Shown in pieces: positions 19,126 through 30,017 of a stretch of DNA of 58,596 nt. Both the position numbers and the translations under genes were made by a program. This DNA comes from a bacterium (GTDB taxonomy: Bacteria; Zhuqueibacterota; Zhuqueibacteria; Oceanimicrobiales; Oceanimicrobiaceae). The DNA lies in contig JBBIIG010000024.1 in NCBI GenBank assembly GCA_037446635.1, forward strand, positions 1-58,596, read 5' to 3'. Every line of letters begins with the position of its first letter. Position 1 is the first letter of the stretch. The notes beneath the pieces are model-generated. The model saw only the letters and a list, made by a program, of their open reading frames with translations, ran no database searches and had not been told where the DNA came from.

Positions 19126-19598
19126 TCAAAACCTACGAAGGTTTACTTACCGCCGCCGGAAAAAAGTTTGGAATCGCCGTCAGCCGCTTTAATAGTTTCA
19201 TCTCGAAGCAATTGTTGGAGGGGGCCATCGATTGTTTAAAACGCCACGGTGCGAAAGAAGAGGATATAGAAATTGCCTGGGTGCCCGGGTCGTTTGAGCT
19301 GCCGATGGCCGCGCAAAAGCTCGCGCAAAGTCGAAAGTGTGATGGGGTGATTTGTTTGGGCGTGCTCATTCGCGGGCAAACTCCACACTTCGATTACATC
19401 GCCGCCGAGGCCACCAAAGGCATCGCGCAGACGGCGCTAGCGAACAATTTGCCGGTGGCGTACGGCGTAATCACGGCGGATACTCTGGAGCAGGCCATCG
19501 AACGCGCTGGCACCAAAGCCGGCAACAAGGGTTGGGACGCGGCGCTGACAGCTATCGAGATGGCGGACTTATTTACTCAATTTTCGAAGAAATCATAA
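19122..19598 (+). CDS. ribH: 6,7-dimethyl-8-ribityllumazine synthase
   Basis: [31 protein letters not shown]. Confidence 0.96.
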   Translation: MIKTYEGLLTAAGKKFGIAVSRFNSFISKQLLEGAIDCLKRHGAKEEDIEIAWVPGSFELPMAAQKLAQSRKCDGVICLGVLIRGQTPHFDYIAAEATKGIAQTALANNLPVAYGVITADTLEQAIERAGTKAGNKGWDAALTAIEMADLFTQFSKKS

Positions 19599-19600
19599 TC

Positions 19601-21844
19601 ATGCGCAAACGAGCCGTTCTACTTTTATTTTTTTTCGGATCAATTTTTGTGAAGGGAATTTTCTCGCAGGAATTGGAGTGGAAGAGTTTCACCAACGTCG
19701 GTACCATTCGGGATATCGCCATCGACGGCGGGCGAGTTTGGAGCGGATCCAACGGCGGCGTTTTGCGGCTGCAAACGCAGTCGTTTGACATCGCCAAAAT
19801 CACCAACACCGAGGGGCTGTCATCGAACGAGGTGGTGGCGGTGGAGATTGATCATCGCGGCGCCGTGTGGTTCGCTTTTTTTAACGGCGTGTTGAACCGC
19901 TATTGGCCGGATGACAACGTTTGGGAAGTGGTGGAAGATTACCGCGATCAAGTGATCACCGATATCGTGGCCTTCGGAGATTCGTTGTACATCGGCCTCG
20001 ATTTCGGAGTCAGCCTTTACAGCATTGATAAGCGCGAGGTGAAAGAAACCTACGTCAATTTGGGCCTTTCCAGCGGCGGCAATGTGCAAAAGATTGGCGC
20101 GAATTCCGTTTTCATCAACGGGCTGGAAATTTGGGTTGCCACCAACCAGGGCATTGCACAATCATCGTTGGATTTGCCGAATCTGCAAGCCCCCGCCAGT
20201 TGGCGCCAATACACCACCTCTCATGGGCTGCCCACGAATTTCATCAACAAAGTCGTAGTGGTGGACGGCCTGCCGTATGCTGCAACGCGCCGGGGGGTGG
20301 CACGATTGGTGAATGGTTCCTGGGAGAACACCGGTTTTGAAGCCGTCAACGTGATCTCCGGCGACGTCGTTTCAGCGAATGCTTTTTTCAGCCAAAATAC
20401 GCTGGTGATATTCACCGACTCCGGGGTGTATTATCTCGACTCCGCGGGCCAGTGGCGGCTGCTCGGCTCCACTTCGGGCGATGTGACCGCGCTCAAAACC
20501 GACGCCGCGGGCAATGTGTGGATCGGGCGTCGCAATCGCGGACTGGCGCGATTTGATTTTGAAACTCAAACCTGGGTGACCTACGAAACCAACAGCCCCG
20601 CCAGCAACAACTTCAAAGGTCTGGCTCTGGATTCCAAAGGACGGCTGTGGTGCGCCTCGCAGGTCGCCGGCGTGGATATGTTCGATGGTGAAACCTGGCG
20701 CAATTTTAACACAAGCAATGGCATCACGAGCAACGATCAGCGGGTGGTGATAGTGGATGCACAAGATCGGGTTTGGTTCGGCAGTTGGGGCGGCGGCATC
20801 TCTGTTTTTGAAGAAAGCGGCGGCGATTTCGTCATCACCCAATTTAATCATCGCGACGGCAGCTTGGCCGGCTTCACCGGTGATCCTAATTTCGTGCTCG
20901 TCAACGCGCTTGGGTTGGATCAAGCGGGCAATGTCTGGGCCCTCAACCGCGAAGCCATCACCCTGCAAATTTTAGTAACATTTTTGACCACGGGCAACCG
21001 CATCTATTTTTCCCGCAACGAGTTGACCGCGGCCAACGAGGCGCTGTTCTCGCCCTTTGTTACCGCGCTTGAAATCGATAATGGCGGGCGAGTTTGGATT
21101 GGCACCGAAAACCGCGGCGTCAAAGTTCTCAATCACCGCAACACCCTCGACAACAAAAACGACGATCTCGTCAATCAAGGTTTGACTGTCAGCGGCGACA
21201 ACATTTTTTCGGATTTTATCACGGCCCTCAAAGAAGACCGCGACGGCGTCATGTGGATCGGCACCGATCAGGGCGTCAATTTTTGGTTCAACAGCGTCGT
21301 GCGCAACCAGTTCGGGCTGATTAACACCAACGTCAATGTCATCGGTGTTGATGCGCGCAACCGCAAATGGTTCGGCACCCCCTCCGGCATCAGCGTGTTG
21401 GATAACGACGGCGTCATTCGCACCAACTACACCCCCGGCAACAGCCCGTTGGTGAGCGGAAACGTCATCGCCTTTGCCTTCAACGAAACCACCGGCGATG
21501 TTTGGATCGGCACCACCAACGGCTTGTCGCTTTTGCGAACGCCGTTTACCGCGCCGCAACCCAACCTCGATTTATTGAGCGGCTATCCGAACCCTTTTAT
21601 AATAGATGATCCAAATGATCGATTCATTATAACCAATTTGGCGGAAGGTAGCAGCGTCGTCATTTACAATTCCTCAGGCGCTCGGGTGCGCTCTTTCGGA
21701 CTGCAGGATATTCAGGGCGCGCAAGCTTTTTGGAACGGCCGCGACGAAAACGGGGATATTGTCCCCAGCGGCATCTATGTTTACCTCGCCTTCACCGAAA
21801 GTGGGTTGTCGGCTACCGGCAAGGTAGCGGTGATTCGACGATGA
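19601..21844 (+). CDS. PorZ-like secreted beta-propeller protein with C-terminal YPNPF / FlgD-Ig-like domain
   Basis: Signal peptide; repeated D..G.VWIGT..G blades; C-terminus YPNPF...WNGRDENG...SGIY...KVAVIR. Confidence 0.75.
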   Translation: MRKRAVLLLFFFGSIFVKGIFSQELEWKSFTNVGTIRDIAIDGGRVWSGSNGGVLRLQTQSFDIAKITNTEGLSSNEVVAVEIDHRGAVWFAFFNGVLNRYWPDDNVWEVVEDYRDQVITDIVAFGDSLYIGLDFGVSLYSIDKREVKETYVNLGLSSGGNVQKIGANSVFINGLEIWVATNQGIAQSSLDLPNLQAPASWRQYTTSHGLPTNFINKVVVVDGLPYAATRRGVARLVNGSWENTGFEAVNVISGDVVSANAFFSQNTLVIFTDSGVYYLDSAGQWRLLGSTSGDVTALKTDAAGNVWIGRRNRGLARFDFETQTWVTYETNSPASNNFKGLALDSKGRLWCASQVAGVDMFDGETWRNFNTSNGITSNDQRVVIVDAQDRVWFGSWGGGISVFEESGGDFVITQFNHRDGSLAGFTGDPNFVLVNALGLDQAGNVWALNREAITLQILVTFLTTGNRIYFSRNELTAANEALFSPFVTALEIDNGGRVWIGTENRGVKVLNHRNTLDNKNDDLVNQGLTVSGDNIFSDFITALKEDRDGVMWIGTDQGVNFWFNSVVRNQFGLINTNVNVIGVDARNRKWFGTPSGISVLDNDGVIRTNYTPGNSPLVSGNVIAFAFNETTGDVWIGTTNGLSLLRTPFTAPQPNLDLLSGYPNPFIIDDPNDRFIITNLAEGSSVVIYNSSGARVRSFGLQDIQGAQAFWNGRDENGDIVPSGIYVYLAFTESGLSATGKVAVIRR

Positions 21845-21908
21845 CGAAAGTGAACGGTTTCCGGCGCGTGGCAGAAAATCGCTCAATTTTTGAGGGAGAA
21901 ATCAGTCG

Positions 21909-23609
21909 GTGTTGCTCTCGCTCTCTGTAAAAAATTTCGCCTTAATCAACCAAGTGGATGTTGATTTTGTGAAGGGTTTGAATATTATCACCGGCGAAAC
22001 CGGCGCTGGAAAATCGATTATCATTGGCGCCTTGGGAACGATTTTGGGCGATCGCGTGGACACCACGGTTTTACGGAACGGCGCCAAGAGCGTGGTCGAA
22101 GGAAAATTTGTGATCGCTGAAAATCAGGCTTTGAAAAAAATATTGCTGGAAAACGATTTGCCCGACGACGGCGAATTGATCTTGCGCCGTGAGATTTTGG
22201 AGAACGGCCGCTCGCGGGCCTTCATCAACGACACCCCGGTGCAGCTCAACCTGCTGCAAGCCGTCAGCGATTTGTTGATCGATTTTCACGGCCAGCACGA
22301 TCACCAATCGCTGCTCAAAGTGCAGAATCATCTGCGTTTCTTGGATGATTTCGGAGATGTGAAGAGCGAATTGGACGACGTCGCAAAGCAGTTTCATCAA
22401 CTTCAGAATTTGGTTTCCCAACTGTCTGAATTAGAAAATAAGCAGAGGTCGTTTCAGGAAAAACGGGATTATTACCAGTTTCAAATCAATGAGATAGACA
22501 AGCTCAATCCGTCAACGGAAGAGGAAGAAAATCTCATCGCCGAAGAAAAAATCGTCCAAAACGGCGAGCGGCTGTTCAAATTGACCGGCGAGCTTTACCA
22601 GATTCTTTACGAAGGGGAAGACGCCGTTTATGATCGCTTAAGCCACGTCGGCTCGGGACTGGCCGAGCTTTCCGCCATCGACGCGAAATTCGCGGCTTTC
22701 AAAAATGATTTTGAAGGCGCGAAGGTTACGATTGCCGAGCTGTCCAATTTTCTGCAGCGCTATCAAGCCAATCTCGCTTTTAACCCCGAGCGATTGGAGC
22801 AAATTCAGAAACGGTTAGCGGAGTTGTCGGGATTGAAAAAGAAGCTCGGGCTTTCCATCGCGGAAATACTGAAGCGGCGAGAAACGTACGCGGCGGAGTT
22901 GGAAACCCTTGGCAACCTCGAGGCGCAAATCGAACAGTTGAAAGAAGAAATTCAAAAACAACGGGAAATCTTTTCGCAACTTTGTGTTAAGTTGAGTCAA
23001 AAAAGAAAGCGCGCGGCGCAGCACTTGGAGACGCTGATCCCGGAAATTTTGAGCTTTCTCGGCATGTCCAATAGTCGTTTCAAAGTGGAGCTAAAGTATC
23101 AGGATGATCCAGCGGGGTGGGTTGCGTGGCAAGGCAAAACTTACTCCGCCTTGGCCTCTGGCATGGATGTTGCCGAATTTATGGTCGCGGCAAACAAGGG
23201 AGAAGATTTGCGGCCACTGGCCAAGGTGGCTTCAGGGGGTGAAATTTCGAGAATCATGCTGGCGCTTAAATCCATCGTGGCCCAAAAAGACCGCATTCCG
23301 GTACTGGTGTTTGACGAGATCGATATCGGAGTTTCCGGGCGCGTGGCGCAATCGGTTGGGAGGAAACTGAAAGAGCTTTCCCAATTTCATCAGGTCATTT
23401 GCATCACCCATTTGCCGCAAATTGCGAGCATGGGCGACCAACATTTTTTAGTTGAAAAAGTAGAGCGCGGCGCCCGCAGCGAGACGCGCATCCGCAAGTT
23501 GAACCGCGAGGAACGCACGGAGGCAATTGCTAAGATGCTCGCGGGTGAGCGGATTTCGGAGACGCATTTGCAGAGTGCGCGCGAGCTCTTGAAAGACGCC
23601 GCTAATTGA
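21909..23609 (+). CDS. recN: DNA repair protein RecN
   Basis: TGETGAGKS, HGQHDHQ, ASGGEISR, FDEID, ITHLPQ. Confidence 0.96.
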   Translation: MLLSLSVKNFALINQVDVDFVKGLNIITGETGAGKSIIIGALGTILGDRVDTTVLRNGAKSVVEGKFVIAENQALKKILLENDLPDDGELILRREILENGRSRAFINDTPVQLNLLQAVSDLLIDFHGQHDHQSLLKVQNHLRFLDDFGDVKSELDDVAKQFHQLQNLVSQLSELENKQRSFQEKRDYYQFQINEIDKLNPSTEEEENLIAEEKIVQNGERLFKLTGELYQILYEGEDAVYDRLSHVGSGLAELSAIDAKFAAFKNDFEGAKVTIAELSNFLQRYQANLAFNPERLEQIQKRLAELSGLKKKLGLSIAEILKRRETYAAELETLGNLEAQIEQLKEEIQKQREIFSQLCVKLSQKRKRAAQHLETLIPEILSFLGMSNSRFKVELKYQDDPAGWVAWQGKTYSALASGMDVAEFMVAANKGEDLRPLAKVASGGEISRIMLALKSIVAQKDRIPVLVFDEIDIGVSGRVAQSVGRKLKELSQFHQVICITHLPQIASMGDQHFLVEKVERGARSETRIRKLNREERTEAIAKMLAGERISETHLQSARELLKDAAN

Positions 23610-24869
23610 ATGGATAAGATTGTCATAAATGGCGGGAAGCCTTTAAAAGGCAAGGTTCAAATAAGCGGCTCAAAAAACGCAGTGCTGCCGATCATGGCCG
23701 CGTCGCTGCTGGCCTCGGGCAAATATACCATTCGCAATGTGCCCGATCTGCGCGACGTCAAAACCATGGCGCACTTGTTGCGCATCATCGGCGCTAAAGT
23801 TGAGTTCGCCAACCAGACGCTGGAAATTGATACCAGCAACTGCAATTTTTTTGAAGCGCCCTACGAGCTGGTTAAAACCATGCGCGCTTCAATTTATGTG
23901 TTGGGACCGTTGGCGGGACGATTTGGCAAAGCTAAAGTTTCGCTGCCCGGCGGCTGCGCCATCGGGCCGCGACCGGTGGATTTGCATATCAAGGCGCTGG
24001 AAAAATTGGGCGCTCGCATCGAGCTGCAGCAGGGTTACATTGTCGCCGACGCGCCGAAGCTGCAGGGGACTCGAATTAATTTCGATATTTCCAGCGTCGG
24101 CGCGACCGGGAATACTTTGATGGCGGCCGTATTGGCGGAGGGAACCACGGTGATCGAAAACGCTGCACAAGAACCGGAGATCACCGCGCTCTGCCAGTTT
24201 TTAGTGGCCATGGGCGCTCGCATTGAAGGAATCGGAACCCAGCAGTTGACGGTGCGCGGTGTAAAAAATCTGAATGCGGTTGATTTTGAGGTGATTCCCG
24301 ACCGCATTGAAGCGGGGACGTTCCTACTGGCTGCGGCCATCACCGGCGGCGAAGTTGAATTACAAAAAGTTGAACCGAAAACATTGGGAAGTTTAATCGA
24401 GCGTTTGCGCGAAGCGGACGTTAAAGTGGAAGAAGGAGAGCGCACGATTTACTGCACAGCCGCCGAGCGCGTCAAAGCCGTTAGTGTAACTACGGCGACG
24501 TATCCCGGCTTTCCCACGGATTTGCAGGCGCAGTGGATGGCGCTGATGTGCGTCGCCCAGGGCAGCAGTGTGATCACTGAAACGATTTTCGTTGATCGCT
24601 TCACCCACGTGGCTGAACTGCGGCGGTTGGGCGCGCAAATTAAGTTGAACGAAAACGTCGCAGTGGTGACGGGAGTAAAAAATTTGAACGGCGCGCAAGT
24701 GATGTCAACGGATCTCCGTGCCAGCGCCTCGTTAATTTTGGCCGGACTGCGGGCGCAGGGGCGCACAGAAGTTTTGCGGGTGTATCACATCGACCGCGGC
24801 TACGAAGCCATCGAAAAAAAATTGCAAAGCCTGGACGCCGATATCTGGCGCGAAGAAGGGGGATATTAG
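23610..24869 (+). CDS. murA: UDP-N-acetylglucosamine 1-carboxyvinyltransferase
   Basis: GSKNAVLP, PGGCAIGPRP, PGFPTDLQ, TDLRA, HIDRGY. Confidence 0.97.
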   Translation: MDKIVINGGKPLKGKVQISGSKNAVLPIMAASLLASGKYTIRNVPDLRDVKTMAHLLRIIGAKVEFANQTLEIDTSNCNFFEAPYELVKTMRASIYVLGPLAGRFGKAKVSLPGGCAIGPRPVDLHIKALEKLGARIELQQGYIVADAPKLQGTRINFDISSVGATGNTLMAAVLAEGTTVIENAAQEPEITALCQFLVAMGARIEGIGTQQLTVRGVKNLNAVDFEVIPDRIEAGTFLLAAAITGGEVELQKVEPKTLGSLIERLREADVKVEEGERTIYCTAAERVKAVSVTTATYPGFPTDLQAQWMALMCVAQGSSVITETIFVDRFTHVAELRRLGAQIKLNENVAVVTGVKNLNGAQVMSTDLRASASLILAGLRAQGRTEVLRVYHIDRGYEAIEKKLQSLDADIWREEGGY

Positions 24870-24916
24870 ATGTTTGAAGCAAAGTTTGGAAAAAGTAAAT
24901 GTAAGGAGTAAACATC

Positions 24917-25786
24917 ATGTCTCACCTAAAAAAAATTCTGGGGAGTTCCTTTATTTCGTTGTTGGTTGCAATTTGGGGGCTCTTCATGGTTTGCAGCGGG
25001 CGCGTCCCGGAGGTCAATTATGACGAGGAGTTTGACTTTGGAGACGTAAGCGGTTTACAGGAAGAAAACAGCCCCGATTTGATGACTCAGTTAGCGGTTT
25101 TAGATGATGATTCTAATAAGCTGGAAGATGCGCAGCGACGCGAGATCCTCGAAGCGCTCGGCATCGAGACCACTAACGCCGCCACCAAAGAGGAAGAAGC
25201 GTTTCTAACCGAAGAACTGTTTCTCAATCTTGAGGTGGAGATTGCCGAGCTTGAAAAACAATCAAAGCGTAAAAGCGAAATAGTGGACAGCTTAAAAAGT
25301 GAGCTGCAGGAGACCGATATCCAATTGACGGCGTTGGAGCGGGTCGTCGGGCCGAGCGGGCAACTGGCCACCACCACCGCGCCTAAAATCACCAGCACTG
25401 GCGGCAGCGTTTCCAATTACGCTTTGCAATATCAGGAGGCGCTCAATGAGGTTTATGCCCACCGCTATGTAGAGGCCATCGCTAAATTTCAGGAACTACT
25501 TCGCCAAAATGACGCCGATGATTTATCGGACAATTGCCAGTATTGGATAGGGGAAAGTTATTTTGCGCTCGGAAATTACCAGCTTGCTATTGCCGAGTTC
25601 GAGAAGGTATTTGCATTCGAGCAGAACAACAAGTCGGATGATGCGCAATTCATGATCGGCATGGCCTATTTGAAAATGGGCGATCCACTTTTAGCGCAAC
25701 TGGAGCTGAATAATTTGTTGACGTTTTATCAGGACAGCGAGTACGTCGCCCGCGCTGAGCGCCAGCTCATCGATCTCAATATTTGA
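24917..25786 (+). CDS. CpoB/YbgF-like coiled-coil plus TPR lipoprotein
   Basis: Lipoprotein-like signal, coiled coil, DNCQYWIGESYF TPR. Confidence 0.7.
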   Translation: MSHLKKILGSSFISLLVAIWGLFMVCSGRVPEVNYDEEFDFGDVSGLQEENSPDLMTQLAVLDDDSNKLEDAQRREILEALGIETTNAATKEEEAFLTEELFLNLEVEIAELEKQSKRKSEIVDSLKSELQETDIQLTALERVVGPSGQLATTTAPKITSTGGSVSNYALQYQEALNEVYAHRYVEAIAKFQELLRQNDADDLSDNCQYWIGESYFALGNYQLAIAEFEKVFAFEQNNKSDDAQFMIGMAYLKMGDPLLAQLELNNLLTFYQDSEYVARAERQLIDLNI

Positions 25787-25808
25787 TTTTGATTATCCTT
25801 TTAGTTTT

Positions 25809-25849
25809 AGCCGCGGCGTTTTGATGGTTTCAACCGCCGCGGCTTTTTT
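25809..25849 (+). terminator. Rho-independent terminator
   Basis: AGCCGCGGCG/CGCCGCGGCT stem plus T-run. Confidence 0.75.
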
Positions 25850-25926
25850 ATTTCTACCTTCCGCTTCAAAGAATTTTATCAATTTCACTTGTTGTAATTT
25901 CCGGGTGAATTTATTATATTGCGCCG

Positions 25927-28900
25927 ATGCCAAATTTCATTCATCTGCACAATCATTCCCACTACAGCTTACTGGATGGAGCTTGCAAAGTCGAGGATCT
26001 CGTCAATGCCGCGGCTGACTACGGGATGCCGGCGCTGGCTCTCACCGACCACGGCAACATGTTTGGCGTCATCGAATTTTACAAAACCGCTCGAGCAAAA
26101 GGCGTCAAACCCATCATCGGCGTGGAGGCCTACGTCGCCCCCGGCAGCCGCAAAGATCGCAAATCCGAAAAGGGCATTTCCGATACCTCCTATCATCTGG
26201 TTTTGCTCGCCAAAAATAAAACGGGCTACCAGAACCTGATGCGACTGGTTTCAATCGGTTATTTGGAAGGATTCTACTATCGTCCGCGCATCGATCGCGA
26301 AGTTTTGCAAAAGCATCATGAGGGCTTGCTCGCTCTTTCCGCTTGTTTGAAAGGGGAGGTGGCATACAACCTGCTCAACAATGGTTACGAAGCGGCCAAA
26401 AAAATTGCGCTGGAGTATCGGGAGATTTTTAAGGACGACTATTATTTGGAAATTCACAACCACGGCATCCGCGAAGAAAATGAGGTGCGCGAAAAAATCG
26501 CTCTGTTGAGCCGGGAACTGAGCATCCCGCTGGTGGCTACGAATGACATTCATTATTTAAAACGCGAGCACTATGATCCCCACGACGTTCTCATCTGCTT
26601 ACAGACCGGCAAAGACCGCGATGATCCCAAACGTCTGCGCTACGCCACCGATGAGATTTATTTCAAGTCGCCGGATGAGATGGCGGCCATCTTTTCGGAC
26701 TACCCGGAGGCGTTAAGCGCCACCGCTGAAATCGCCGAAAAATGCCAGCTCGATTTAGATTTTAAAACCACCTACCTGCCGAAGTTTCAAATTCCGCCGG
26801 GTGCCAACGCGGCTTCGCTGGAAGAATATTTGGAGAAGCTGGCGTTTGACGGCGCCAAAAATCGCTTTGGCGAAATCACCCCAGAGGTCGAGGCCCGTCT
26901 CCGTCACGAATTGGACATTATCAATAAAATGGGTTACGCGGGGTATTTTCTGATTGTGATGGATTTTATCCAGTACGCGCGCAGTCGCGATATCCCGGTC
27001 GGCCCCGGCCGCGGATCGGCGGCGGGCAGCTTGGTGTCCTACTGCCTGGGCATCACCAATATCGACCCCCTAAAGTACAATTTGATCTTCGAGCGCTTTT
27101 TGAACCCCGAGCGCGTAACCATGCCGGATATTGATATCGACTTTTGTTACGAGCGCCGGGATGAGATAATCAAGTACGTTAAAAAGAAATACGGCGAAGA
27201 TAACGTTACCCAAATCATCACCTTTGGAACCATGGCGGCGCGCGCCGTTATCCGCGACGTGGGCCGAGTTTTGAAGATTCGCTACAGCGATGTCGATCGC
27301 CTCGCCAAATTGATTCCCGCCGCGCCAAACATGACCTTGAACCGCGCCCTGGAATCGGTGCCCGAGTTGGCGAAATTGACCGAGCAGGATCAGGTGCATA
27401 AGCAATTGGTCGAATACTCGAAGGTGTTGGAAGGGCTGGCTCGCCACGCCTCCATTCATGCTGCGGGCGTGGTGATTACCCCGGATGCTCTCACCAACTA
27501 CACGCCGCTTTATAAGTCCAATCAGGACGAAGTTACCAGCCAGTACGATATGAAATGCCTGGAAGACATCGGCGTTCTCAAGATGGATTTTCTGGGCCTG
27601 CGCACGTTGACGGTGATTGATAAAACCGTCAAATCGTTGGCGCAAAAAGGGGTTCACCTGGACATAAACAACATCCCGCTGGACGATCCGCAAACCTTTG
27701 AAATTTTCAGCAAAGGCGAGACCGTCGCTATTTTTCAGTTTGAAAGCTCGGGCATGCGGGACTACCTGCGCAAGCTCAAGCCGCAGTGCCTCGAAGATTT
27801 GATCGCCATGAACGCCCTGTATCGGCCGGGACCAATGGAGTGGATTGATGATTTCATCCAACGAAAACATGGCCTCAAAAAAATTTCGTATCTTCACCCG
27901 TTGCTGGAGCCCATCTTAAAAGAAACCTACGGCATTATCGTTTATCAGGAGCAGGTCATGCGAATTGCCAGCGAGTTGGCTGGGTTCAGCATGGGCAAAG
28001 CCGATTTGCTGCGCCGCGCCATGGGCAAGAAGAAGCCGGAGCTGATGGCGGAGCAGCGGGCGTTGTTCATTCAAGGATGCGCGAAAAACGGCATTGCCGA
28101 ACATCTCGCCAATCAAATTTTTGATGTGATGGATAAGTTCGCAGGCTATGGTTTCGTCAAGCCCCATTCCACCTGCTACGCTTTGATTGCTTTTCAGACC
28201 GCCTATCTCAAACGCCACTATCCTGCCGAATTTATGGCGGCCACCCTCTCCAGCGAAATGGGCAGCACCAACCGCGTGGTCGTCCTTTTGGAAGAATGCA
28301 AGCGCATGGGCATCAAAGTGCACCCACCCGACGTCAACGAAAGCTTTGTTGATTTTATCGTGACTGAAGACGGAATTCGTTTCGGTTTGGGCGCGGTGAA
28401 AAACGTTGGCAAAGCCGCCATCGCTTCCATTGTGCAGGCGCGGGAAGAGGGTGGGCGGTTCAACAATTTATTTGATTTCTGCGAGCGCGTGGATTCGCGG
28501 CTGGTGAACAAAAAGGTTTTGGAAAGCTTGATCCAGGCGGGCGCGATGGATTCCCTCGAGGGCCATCGCGCGCAAAAATTCCAGGCGGTAGAAATGGCGG
28601 CCAACTTCGCGCAGTCCGCTCAAGCCTTGCGGCTGAAAGGCCAAACTTCCCTCTTTGGCAGCGATGAAAAAAACGTCATTCCCTACCCCAATCTGCCGAT
28701 GGTTCCTCCGTGGAGTAATTCCGAAGCGCTGACGCGCGAAAAACAAGTGTTGGGATTTTATCTTTCCGGCCATCCGCTGAGCAAATTCTCAGAGGAGGTA
28801 AAAGTATTTGCGACGGCAACCCTGGACTCGCTTTCAGACCTGCCCGACGGCGCCGCCGTAAAAGTGTGCGGCATTGTAACCGAACTCAAAAGTATTCTCG

Positions 28901-29355
28901 ATCGCAAAAACAAACCCATGGCTTTCCTGACGCTGGAGGATTTTTACGGCAGCTGCGAAGTGATCGTCTTCTCCAAAACCTACGAAAGCTTCCGCGAGCT
29001 TTTGCAGGTCGATGCCATGATTTTGGTATCCGGGCGCACCAGTTCCCGCGAGGAGGAAGATACCAAAATTCTCTGCGATGACGTCGTTCTTCTGAAGGAG
29101 GTTTGGAAACAGCGCGCCAAGAGTTTGCACCTCAACATGACGCCGGTGGGCGTCGATGATCCGATTCTCAATCAGGTTTCTGAGATTTTAGAACAAAATC
29201 CCGGCACTTGCAATTTATTTATCAATTTGAGAGGGCCGAGCGATAGTCAGAAGCAGTTGATTCGTTCCAAAAAACTCAAAGTCAATCCGGCCCCGGAGGT
29301 AATCATGAAACTGCGTTCTCTATTGGGACAGGAGAACGTTTGGATGGAGGGATAA
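25927..29355 (+). CDS. dnaE: DNA polymerase III alpha subunit
   Basis: PHP HLHNHS.YSLLDG, GRGSAAGS, MPDIDIDF, KMDFLGL, OB fold. Confidence 0.98.
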   Translation: MPNFIHLHNHSHYSLLDGACKVEDLVNAAADYGMPALALTDHGNMFGVIEFYKTARAKGVKPIIGVEAYVAPGSRKDRKSEKGISDTSYHLVLLAKNKTGYQNLMRLVSIGYLEGFYYRPRIDREVLQKHHEGLLALSACLKGEVAYNLLNNGYEAAKKIALEYREIFKDDYYLEIHNHGIREENEVREKIALLSRELSIPLVATNDIHYLKREHYDPHDVLICLQTGKDRDDPKRLRYATDEIYFKSPDEMAAIFSDYPEALSATAEIAEKCQLDLDFKTTYLPKFQIPPGANAASLEEYLEKLAFDGAKNRFGEITPEVEARLRHELDIINKMGYAGYFLIVMDFIQYARSRDIPVGPGRGSAAGSLVSYCLGITNIDPLKYNLIFERFLNPERVTMPDIDIDFCYERRDEIIKYVKKKYGEDNVTQIITFGTMAARAVIRDVGRVLKIRYSDVDRLAKLIPAAPNMTLNRALESVPELAKLTEQDQVHKQLVEYSKVLEGLARHASIHAAGVVITPDALTNYTPLYKSNQDEVTSQYDMKCLEDIGVLKMDFLGLRTLTVIDKTVKSLAQKGVHLDINNIPLDDPQTFEIFSKGETVAIFQFESSGMRDYLRKLKPQCLEDLIAMNALYRPGPMEWIDDFIQRKHGLKKISYLHPLLEPILKETYGIIVYQEQVMRIASELAGFSMGKADLLRRAMGKKKPELMAEQRALFIQGCAKNGIAEHLANQIFDVMDKFAGYGFVKPHSTCYALIAFQTAYLKRHYPAEFMAATLSSEMGSTNRVVVLLEECKRMGIKVHPPDVNESFVDFIVTEDGIRFGLGAVKNVGKAAIASIVQAREEGGRFNNLFDFCERVDSRLVNKKVLESLIQAGAMDSLEGHRAQKFQAVEMAANFAQSAQALRLKGQTSLFGSDEKNVIPYPNLPMVPPWSNSEALTREKQVLGFYLSGHPLSKFSEEVKVFATATLDSLSDLPDGAAVKVCGIVTELKSILDRKNKPMAFLTLEDFYGSCEVIVFSKTYESFRELLQVDAMILVSGRTSSREEEDTKILCDDVVLLKEVWKQRAKSLHLNMTPVGVDDPILNQVSEILEQNPGTCNLFINLRGPSDSQKQLIRSKKLKVNPAPEVIMKLRSLLGQENVWMEG

Positions 29356-29390
29356 CCAATTAATTTAAACCAAGAAAAAGGAGAGGGAAC

Positions 29391-29978
29391 ATGGAAAAAG
29401 TTTTTGAACGGGCAAAGAAAATTATCCTCAGCCCCACGGAGGCGTTGAACGCCGTCAAAGTCGAATCCACGACGATGATGACGTTGATGAAGGAGTATGT
29501 AATTTTCGTCGCCGCGATTCCGATCATCGCGCAATTTATCGGCTACGCCTTGGTGGGGCTGCCGGTTATTGGGCGTTATCCGTTGTTTCAATCGCTGCTT
29601 TTCGCCCTGATCTCCTATGTTCTGAGTTTGGTGGGCGTGGTAGTAGTCGCCAAAGTTATCGATCTGCTGGCGCCATCCTTCAATTCTACAAAAAGCGATA
29701 TCAACGCATTTAAGCTGGCGGTGTATGCGTTCACACCGGGATTCGTCGCGGGCATTTTCCACATCATCCCGAGCTTGAGCATGTTAGCGTTGCTCGGCAG
29801 TTTGTACGGCATTTATTTGCTTTATATCGGCCTGCCGATTTTGATGAACACTTCGGAAGATAAGCGCGCCATCTACACGGTGGCGGTAATCGTGGTGGTG
29901 GTCATTGTGATGGTGGTGATTACAGCTCTTGCTGGCGCACTGGTCTGGAGCGGCGGCAGACCAGGACTCTTGTATTAG
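29391..29978 (+). CDS. Yip1 family membrane protein
   Basis: RAKKIILSP, LYGIYLLYIGLPILM pattern, five TM segments. Confidence 0.8.
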   Translation: MEKVFERAKKIILSPTEALNAVKVESTTMMTLMKEYVIFVAAIPIIAQFIGYALVGLPVIGRYPLFQSLLFALISYVLSLVGVVVVAKVIDLLAPSFNSTKSDINAFKLAVYAFTPGFVAGIFHIIPSLSMLALLGSLYGIYLLYIGLPILMNTSEDKRAIYTVAVIVVVVIVMVVITALAGALVWSGGRPGLLY

Positions 29979-30017
29979 TTTCGTTCGTTTTTTAGCAAAG
30001 GAATTTACTGCATTCCA

